From Chthoniobacteraceae bacterium (GTDB lineage Bacteria > Verrucomicrobiota > Verrucomicrobiia > Chthoniobacterales > Chthoniobacteraceae), in contig JBBCKI010000055.1 of assembly GCA_037190965.1 (NCBI GenBank), positions 1 through 23,043 of the forward strand: DNA of 23,043 nt, written 5' to 3'. Numbering within the stretch: the first letter of the stretch is position 1; every line of letters starts with the position of its first letter. Position numbers and translations under genes: made by a program. The notes beneath the pieces are model-generated. The model saw only the letters and a program-made list of their open reading frames with translations, had not been told where the DNA came from and did no database searches. Of the stretch, positions 16,739-23,043 are shown piece after piece.

Positions 16739-17842
16739 TCAGGTCGAAACGTACTGGAAGATCAGAGCGGCAAGCGCGATCGCCGCAAGCACGGCCAGTG
16801 TGATCTTGATCCAGCTCCAGGGATGTTCGCCCGCCATCTTCCCGGTGAACCCGTTGATGAGCACCTGGAACGATTTTCGCCCGTAGGTGTAGGTTGTCAG
16901 CCAGACCGGCACGAGGATGTGCTTGAAAGTGCGGTCCTGGTAACGGGCATCGACCCGAAGATTGCGATGAGTGTCGCCGGGAACCTGCCGGGCGCAGAGC
17001 TTGTAAAGAGCGGCGTACATCTGCTCCTCATTGCTGATGGCGGCCTGTCTGAGGTCGATCTGGTAGCGTTCCACCGTCCAGCCCCGGACAAAGGCGGGGT
17101 CGTAGGCCTTGAGTTCCTTGAGCGTGGGGAACGGCTCGACCTTTCGCAATAGCGCAAGGTGAACGCCCACCGTGGCGGGGACCAGGTCGTCATCAAAGAA
17201 ATGCGACAACGCCCCCCGACTGCGTTCCCAGCGAATCTTCTGCACCTGGCGGGTGGTCATTTTTCCGTCAGAGCCGCGCACCTGTTCGGTGACATAATAG
17301 TAATAGCCCGACTCAGCGGTCCATTCGGCGTCGGCGTGCGCGTCGAAGGTCCAGTAGGGGAGGTAGACGCCGCGCACGGTGTCCGTCAGCGCGCTCGTCT
17401 TGAGCTTGTTGGGGGCGAACCAGCGGCTCTTGTACCACTGCCGCAAAAGATCCCGAACCTTTGTCGCGGGAATGACGGCGGGCAGCAGGCTTTCCGGGGT
17501 GATGAGGTCCTGAAGATTGTCCACCGGGATGATGGAGGGCGAGCCGCAGAATTCGCAACGCTGCGCGGCGCGATCGGGGTCGAAGAGGCTGATGGCGTGG
17601 CAGCTTTCGCATTTGACCGAGCGCGTCTCCTTGCGCATGCCGTGGCCGTTGCGGCCCATCTCGCGCAGGACCTCGTCGAGATCGTGCTCAACAAAGGCCG
17701 CCCCGAACGGCTCCTCGCCTTTCGACCACGGGACGAGGGTGCCGCAATAGGGGCAGGCAAGCGCCTGTTTCGAGGCGTTCCATTCCGCATCCCCGCCGCA
17801 CTCCGGGCAGGGATGCTTGCGCAAGGCGTTGACTTCGCCCAT
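16739..17842 (-). CDS. Double zinc-ribbon membrane-anchored protein (YdjG-like)
   Basis: CPECGG/CPYCG and CESCHA/CEFCGS pairs, VYLPYWTF, ILVPVW, INGFTGKMAG, C-terminal TM. Confidence 0.85.
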   Translation of the reverse strand: MGEVNALRKHPCPECGGDAEWNASKQALACPYCGTLVPWSKGEEPFGAAFVEHDLDEVLREMGRNGHGMRKETRSVKCESCHAISLFDPDRAAQRCEFCGSPSIIPVDNLQDLITPESLLPAVIPATKVRDLLRQWYKSRWFAPNKLKTSALTDTVRGVYLPYWTFDAHADAEWTAESGYYYYVTEQVRGSDGKMTTRQVQKIRWERSRGALSHFFDDDLVPATVGVHLALLRKVEPFPTLKELKAYDPAFVRGWTVERYQIDLRQAAISNEEQMYAALYKLCARQVPGDTHRNLRVDARYQDRTFKHILVPVWLTTYTYGRKSFQVLINGFTGKMAGEHPWSWIKITLAVLAAIALAALIFQYVST

Positions 17843-17857
17843 GGAGACGTAAATCCG

Positions 17858-18919
17858 CTAGTCGGCGAGGAAGGCTTCCAGCGCCGTCCGGGTGATGCGA
17901 TAGGCGGAGCCGATCTTCTTGCCTTTGAGATCGCCCGCTTCGAGAGACGCGATCACGTCCGCCTCGGTCACGCCAAGCGCGTCGGCGGCCTGCGCCGGGG
18001 TGAGCAGTTCGGGCAGCCCGTTGGATGCGGCGGAAGAGCCGGAGGCTGCGGCAGTCGCCGTGGAGCCCTGCATCTGCTTCATCATTTCCTGCGCCATGCC
18101 GAACCCCATCGCCATCTGCGCGGGGAGCGCCGCAGCGGAGCCGCCCTCGCCGCCCTTGGTCATCGACTCGGCCATCTGGAATTTCACATAGTCGTTGAGA
18201 TTGCCGATGACCGACATGCTGGAGCGCTTGTCAATGGCGGCCTCCACCTCCGGCGGAACGGAGATGTTCTCGACGATGAAGCTGGCGATCTCGATGCCGT
18301 ACTTGGCAACCACCTGCGGGTTGATGAGCGGCAGGAGCGCGTCGCCCAGTTCCATATAGCGCGTGGCGACGTCGAGCGCGGGGACGCCGCTGGAGGCGAG
18401 CGCGTCGCTGAAGACGCTGACGATGCGGGAGCGCATGGTGTCCGCGAATTCATCGAGCCGGAAATGGTGATCCGTTCCCGCCACTTCGCGGAGGAAAACC
18501 GGAATATCGACCACGCGGAAGTCGAACGTGCCGAAGGCGCGCAGCCGCACCGCGCCGAAATCGGCGTCCCGCATCATGATCGGGTTGGCCGTCCCCCACT
18601 TGTTGCCGGTGAAGAGCCGGGTAGTGACGAAATAAACGTCCGCCTTGAACGGCGATTGGAACCCGTATTTCCACCCCTTCAGCCGGGTGAGAATTGGAAT
18701 GTTGTCGGTCGTCAGCGTATGTTTGCCCGGCGCGAACAGGTCGCCGTATTGGCCGAGGTAGACCATCTGCGCCGCCTGGCTCTCGCGGACGATCAACTGG
18801 GCGCCGTTCTTGATGGCTTTGTCCTCGTCGGGAAAGCGCCATGACAAGGTATCGCGGGAGTCGTCGGTAAACTCGATGATCTCCAGCAGTTCGCCTTTGA
18901 TGAAGTTGAATAGGCTCAT
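17858..18919 (-). CDS. SPFH/band-7 domain protein (YdjI-like) fused to a C-terminal excisionase-type HTH
   Basis: IKNGAQLIVRESQAA, PGKHTLTTDNIPIL, SPFKADVYFV, KWGTANPI, VRLRAFG, ENISVPPEVEAAID; C-terminus LLTPAQAADALGV...LKGKKIGSAYRITRTALEAFL. Confidence 0.9.
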   Translation of the reverse strand: MSLFNFIKGELLEIIEFTDDSRDTLSWRFPDEDKAIKNGAQLIVRESQAAQMVYLGQYGDLFAPGKHTLTTDNIPILTRLKGWKYGFQSPFKADVYFVTTRLFTGNKWGTANPIMMRDADFGAVRLRAFGTFDFRVVDIPVFLREVAGTDHHFRLDEFADTMRSRIVSVFSDALASSGVPALDVATRYMELGDALLPLINPQVVAKYGIEIASFIVENISVPPEVEAAIDKRSSMSVIGNLNDYVKFQMAESMTKGGEGGSAAALPAQMAMGFGMAQEMMKQMQGSTATAAASGSSAASNGLPELLTPAQAADALGVTEADVIASLEAGDLKGKKIGSAYRITRTALEAFLAD

Positions 18920-19782
18920 AGGGATGGGGAAGGATTGGTGCTGCGATTTTCGAGCCGCTCCAGCGCGGCGTCAATCTGCCGTTGGTAGAATTCCAGCGGT
19001 TCCAGAAGTTCATCGCTGGCTGGGTCGGGAATGACGGTGATCGATTTTCCGTCGAAGACAACCGGCCCGTAGCGCGCCGGTTTTCCGGTGCCCGCGATGG
19101 TCTCCGCATAGGAGTCCCCGCCGGAGAAGTGCCAGAACTCGTAAGGGTAGGCAAACCATCCATGGCGGCGCATGATCGCCTCAATCTCCACGCGGTGCCG
19201 GTGCTGCTCCGGTGTGATGAACGGCGAGGCCATCGGCGTTTTTTCAGAAAGTTCGATGTAGGGACCTCCCCGGTCGATCTCCTCCCCGGTGGCACGGTCG
19301 AAGACGGAAATATCGATGGCGGAGCCTGAGACGTGAGTGCCGATGCGGCAACGGGTCGCGATTAACGCGGAAAGGCGCCGGAGCATCAACTCCGGGCTGG
19401 GAACCGCGCCGTTCAGCTCCCAGATGACCTTTTGCAGAATCACGTCGAAGTGGAGCGGGTTATGAGACTGGGCCCGCTGCATTTCGGGAGAGCGGTAGCC
19501 ATCCTCGACCTTGAGCACCCACCCGCGCTCGTTCATCTCGCGGGCCGCCCCCTGGAATCCTTCGATCAACCCCGAGCGGATAAAATAGACGCGGGGGTGC
19601 CGGCGGTTGATGAGGGTGGTTGAAAACTGCACCTCCAATCCCTCCGCCGCATCGCGCAGGGAAACCAGCGGTTCTCCGCATTCCACAATCGGATAAACGC
19701 GCATCGCTTCCATGAAGACGAAGGCCTCGTCCATCTGGCTGGTCCAGTAGTCGCGCTTTGGTGAATCGGAGGGTGCATCCAT
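18916..19782 (-). CDS. M15 family D-Ala-D-Ala dipeptidase/metallopeptidase (VanX/DdpX-like)
   Basis: ECGEPLVSL, EDGYRS, THVSGSAIDIS (His/Asp ligands), YEFWHFS; ATG 19782; ATGA overlap with the SPFH gene. The track's extension to 20028 runs through the repeat. Confidence 0.85.
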   Translation of the reverse strand: MDAPSDSPKRDYWTSQMDEAFVFMEAMRVYPIVECGEPLVSLRDAAEGLEVQFSTTLINRRHPRVYFIRSGLIEGFQGAAREMNERGWVLKVEDGYRSPEMQRAQSHNPLHFDVILQKVIWELNGAVPSPELMLRRLSALIATRCRIGTHVSGSAIDISVFDRATGEEIDRGGPYIELSEKTPMASPFITPEQHRHRVEIEAIMRRHGWFAYPYEFWHFSGGDSYAETIAGTGKPARYGPVVFDGKSITVIPDPASDELLEPLEFYQRQIDAALERLENRSTNPSPSL

Positions 19783-19851
19783 CGAGGAAAGAGAATGCGG
19801 AAATTCTGAGGGAAACGCAACTGGCACGTCGCCAAATGCAGGAACAGGAAC

Positions 19852-19896
19852 ATTTCGCGCCAAGGACGGAAAAGTCCCTGAAACTTGGCGCGAAAT
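19852..19896. promoter_or_regulatory. Perfect 13-bp inverted repeat ATTTCGCGCCAAG-N19-CTTGGCGCGAAAT (operator or hairpin)
   Basis: Seen directly; 70 bp upstream of the vanX-like start; the spacer contains GGAC...GTCC. Confidence 0.55.
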
Positions 19897-19920
19897 TTTG
19901 CCGACGGTCACGAAAAGGAA

Positions 19921-20078
19921 AAATGGTGCGGCAGCACCGGTAGCCCGTCGAGCGCGGGGTTCGCCTCCCGTAGCCTCGTGAAGGCTGCATCCCAACACGC
20001 GGGCCCGTCCTGCGGGGATCGACGCCATGCGCGACTCGGGAACCCATCCCGCGCTCTCGGCGAGAGCGGGCTACCTTG
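19921..20078 (-). repeat. REPIN-like element, family A copy 3 (inverted; 9-bp deletion in tail-proximal arm)
   Basis: Reverse complement reads CAAGGTAGCCCGCTCTCGCCGAGAGCGCGGG...GAGTCGCG...GGACGGGC...TTGGGATG...ACGGGAG...GCTACCGGTGCTGCCGCACCATTT. Confidence 0.9.
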
Positions 20079-20176
20079 CCGGTACCGCGAACCGGACGCT
20101 TTGCCGTTAGTCACCCCTGCCGCCGTCGGGCGTGTTTTCGCTAGTGAGCCCGAAACAAATCTGCTAACGGGTGTTA

Positions 20177-21865
20177 ATGACCTCCTCCCGAATGTTGTCA
20201 CGCTCCCTTTCCGCCGCGCTCATTCTTTCCGGGTTTGCCGCCTGCCAGAAGGCTCCCGAGAAAGGCTCGACCGCTTCGGCCCCTGCTCCTGCCGACGCGA
20301 AGACGGTCTCGGCGGAACCAAGCAGTTTTGACGCCGTGGCCCGGCACCTCGACAAGGGAGGCGGCCTCTATGCTTATTTTTCGGCGGAAGGGGTGCTCTC
20401 GGCCTGTTCCGAAGTCCTCAGAAACGCGGAGACGGCCCTCTTCTCTCAGCATCTACTGCCGGATGAGCAGAAGGCTCAGTATCAGGCGGTTTGGAAAACG
20501 ATGAAGCCGATCCTTGCCAATAGCGGGATTGGTGAGATCAGCGGGTTTGGGATCAGTTCGCTGGCGCTCCGGCCCGGGTATTACCGGACCAAGACGATCC
20601 TTCATCACTATGCCGGAAAGGGAAACGGGTTTTTCTGGAAACTGACCGGCGATCAGGCTCGCGCCCTTGAGCTGGTAAACTGGCTGCCGGAGGGAACCGC
20701 TGCGGCGGCGAGCTTCGACATCACCCTCGAACCGCTCTGGGCGGAACTGAACAAGCAGGCGGCCGGGTCCGAACTGCTCCGCGCGTGGCTTGATCAGGCC
20801 ACGCAGCAACTTCTGGCTTCCTCGGGGCTGGAGCTTCCCAAGCTGCTGGCCGGGCTGGGGCCGAACTATTCCTATGTCATCGCGCTGGATGAGAGCAAAC
20901 CGTTCACCATCCCGGCACCCGGGAGTCAGGTGGCCATCCCCGAACCGCGCGCCGCCTTGATGATCCAGATTCGGGATGAGGCGCTCATCCAACGGTTGGA
21001 GAGCGAGCTTGCGAAGCTGCCCAACCTTTCCGCAGCCGATCAAGGCGACCTGAAAGTGCGGAAGATCGGCGTTCCCATTCCGTTGCCCTTCCTTACGCCG
21101 GTCATCGCCTGGAAACAGGGCCTGGTGATTCTCAGCAGCAACGAGGCGCTGGTTCACGAAATGCTGGAGGTCAAAGGCGGCAAGAAGCCGGGCCTCGCCG
21201 CCACCGCCGCCTTCAAGCAGGCGATGGAAGGGCTTCCTTCTCCGGCGGCGAGCTTTGCCTACGTTGCCCCGATCTTCGGGAAAACGATGGCGGAGATTCA
21301 GACGATGTCTCTCAACCAGCCCGGAAATCCCGCCGACCCGGCGATCAAGAAGATGATCCAATCCTTGATGGGCATGCAATCCACGGAGCCCGCCGCGACC
21401 GTGGGGCAGACGATCGAAGAGGGGTGCCTGACCGTTGGGAACGGCGGCGTCGGTCCGCGCCAGATGGCCTCGATGGTCATGGCGGTGCCTCTCGGGGCTT
21501 TTGCGGGTGCCGCGACTGCCGCAAAACCCAACTTCGCGCGGGCCAAAGACCGCTCGGAGGCTACGCGGACCTTGGAATCGCTTCGTCTTCTCGAAGCTTC
21601 CATCGAGCAGTGGGCGTTGGAGAATGATAAACAAGCTGGCGATCAGCCGACGACCGATGAAATCAAGGTTTACCTGAAGCCGGGCACCGCGTTGTTCAAG
21701 GCTTGCGAGAGCAACCCTGGAGGCACCGTGGTCGAGTTGATTCCCGGCCTTCCCGGCGTGACTCTCCCGCCCAGGGACGGAAAGATGCTGGTCCCCGAAG
21801 CCGTCATTGAAAAATTCAGCGGGACGGTTCCCAAGGGCTTCTGGGGACCTTACGGAGTCAGGTAG
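20177..21865 (+). CDS. Hypothetical lipoprotein with C-terminal pilin/pseudopilin-like domain
   Basis: Lipobox SGFAAC; large alpha/beta body; C-terminal PNFARAKDRSEATRTLESLRLLEASIEQWALE resembles the type IV pilin alpha1-C helix. Confidence 0.8.
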   Translation: MTSSRMLSRSLSAALILSGFAACQKAPEKGSTASAPAPADAKTVSAEPSSFDAVARHLDKGGGLYAYFSAEGVLSACSEVLRNAETALFSQHLLPDEQKAQYQAVWKTMKPILANSGIGEISGFGISSLALRPGYYRTKTILHHYAGKGNGFFWKLTGDQARALELVNWLPEGTAAAASFDITLEPLWAELNKQAAGSELLRAWLDQATQQLLASSGLELPKLLAGLGPNYSYVIALDESKPFTIPAPGSQVAIPEPRAALMIQIRDEALIQRLESELAKLPNLSAADQGDLKVRKIGVPIPLPFLTPVIAWKQGLVILSSNEALVHEMLEVKGGKKPGLAATAAFKQAMEGLPSPAASFAYVAPIFGKTMAEIQTMSLNQPGNPADPAIKKMIQSLMGMQSTEPAATVGQTIEEGCLTVGNGGVGPRQMASMVMAVPLGAFAGAATAAKPNFARAKDRSEATRTLESLRLLEASIEQWALENDKQAGDQPTTDEIKVYLKPGTALFKACESNPGGTVVELIPGLPGVTLPPRDGKMLVPEAVIEKFSGTVPKGFWGPYGVR

Positions 21866-21886
21866 GGATAGGCAGCGGTCAGGTAA

Positions 21887-22750
21887 CTATCCAGTCGCGG
21901 CGTGGATGCGTTGCATCTCGTGGGCTTTGCGGTAATCCCGTGGAGCCATCTGCATTTCCTTCCGGAACCGGCGGGAAAAGTAGAGTTCGTCGTCGAACCC
22001 CACCGAGTGCGCGATCTCATGGATCGGCTGCCTCGTTTCCACCAGTCGTCGGCAGGCCTCGCGCATCCGGAGCTGTTGCAAAAAGCGGGCGGGCGGGATT
22101 TCGTTGACCGCCGCCCAACGCCGCCGGAACGTCGATAGTGACATCCCGTGACGGCTGGCCGCCTCTTCGAAGTCGACAAAGCTGCGAAAGTCGCGCCGAA
22201 CGTCGGCGATCAAATCGGAAATCGCCCGTTCGTCTTCGGTGGTATTTCGGGGAGTTTGAAGGGTCTCCAGCAGCATGCGTTCGCAGATCCGGTCGATGCG
22301 ATCCACGACGTTTTCCGGGGCGGAGGAGTGCGTGAGGCGGGCGAGTTCGGCCATCTGTTCCTGGACCGCCGGGAGGTCTGAAATGGGCCACATCGGCTTT
22401 TCCGGGTCGATGAAATGGCATTGCCGGAAGCGGGGCATCGTCTTGGCGGGGTAGATGATGTAGAGTTCCATCCAGCTTTCGGGGTGAAACGGGCCGTATT
22501 CCACCAGTTCGCCCGGCCATTGGGTGATCACGCAGGGGGCTTTCACAGGCCATATTTTTCCCTTTCGGCGGAATTCTCCGTTGCCGCTCAGAATGAGCGA
22601 GAAGTTACAGGTGCCGAATTTGTGAAAGACCCACTTTTTCTTTTCCGGAATGAGGTTGCAGGCGTTCACGGGGAAGGGCGAGGGAAACCGCCTGGGGAAA
22701 GGGGCCCAGTGCTTGACCAAAAAGTCCATATATTTGGAAATGGTATCCAT
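21887..22750 (-). CDS. AraC family transcriptional regulator
   Basis: N-terminal cupin-like domain; C-terminal MSLSTFRRRW...LRMREACRRL...IHEIAHSVGFDDELYFSRRFRKEMQMAPRDYR; alternative start 22729. Confidence 0.93.
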   Translation of the reverse strand: MDTISKYMDFLVKHWAPFPRRFPSPFPVNACNLIPEKKKWVFHKFGTCNFSLILSGNGEFRRKGKIWPVKAPCVITQWPGELVEYGPFHPESWMELYIIYPAKTMPRFRQCHFIDPEKPMWPISDLPAVQEQMAELARLTHSSAPENVVDRIDRICERMLLETLQTPRNTTEDERAISDLIADVRRDFRSFVDFEEAASRHGMSLSTFRRRWAAVNEIPPARFLQQLRMREACRRLVETRQPIHEIAHSVGFDDELYFSRRFRKEMQMAPRDYRKAHEMQRIHAATG

Positions 22751-22787
22751 TCAAAGAGCGGGTTGGGTCAACTAGATTCCCTAGCCA

Positions 22788-23043
22788 ATGAAACGCGTGC
22801 TTCTGCTCTGGGGCGGATGGGAAGGGCATCACCCCGAAAGGACAGTCAATCTCTTCGCGGATGAGCTTCGCAAGAAAGGCTTCGAGCCTCAGGTGGAGTC
22901 CTCCCTCGGCTGCCTTGCCCGGCAGGAGGAACTCAAAAATTATTCACTCATCTTTCCCTGTTGGACGATGGGTAAACTCTCCGAGGAAGAAAGCGCCGGT
23001 TTGCTGGGTGCCGTGAACTCGGGGGTCGGGCTGGGGGGGATTC
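22788..23043 (+). CDS. ThuA-like (trehalose-utilisation domain) protein, partial
   Basis: Manual translation MKRVLLLWGGWEGHHPERTVNLFADEL...YSLIFPCWTMGKL...GLLGAVNSGVGLGGI; runs off the window. Confidence 0.85.
   Translation, partial: MKRVLLLWGGWEGHHPERTVNLFADELRKKGFEPQVESSLGCLARQEELKNYSLIFPCWTMGKLSEEESAGLLGAVNSGVGLGGI

Noticed and set aside
18916..19782. Acquired vancomycin-resistance cluster
   Set aside because: No vanH/vanA/vanRS; M15D peptidases are common housekeeping enzymes in Gram-negatives.
19821..19840. CTGGCACG...TGCA as a sigma54 promoter
   Set aside because: GG-to-GC spacing is longer than the strict -24/-12 distance, and it points into the repeat.

Overview
GC-rich bacterial chromosomal window, probably Verrucomicrobiota/PVC. 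This is an inference from the pilin-like domain, the repeat families and the gene content. Gene order: tetR-acrA-acrB(partial) RND efflux locus with two matching palindromic operators; membrane hypothetical; NUDIX, SDR and secreted hypothetical; NifS/IscS; a divergent, internally shortened MreB-like actin; STAS anti-anti-sigma; class D (OXA-like) beta-lactamase; LPS cluster (2x GT4, GT9, MsbA) followed by a 26-aa-repeat protein and an HEXXH protein; VanX-like peptidase, SPFH(YdjI)-HTH fusion and Zn-ribbon operon; lipoprotein with a C-terminal pilin-like domain; AraC; partial ThuA-like gene. The most striking non-genic signal is a ~160-bp GTAG-REP doublet (REPIN-like) element in three diverged copies. 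It has an invariant 24-bp hairpin tail, and every copy lies in a divergent (head-to-head) intergenic region. A second, unrelated four-hairpin REP doublet sits between convergent genes. No transposase, CRISPR, tRNA or rRNA was seen.
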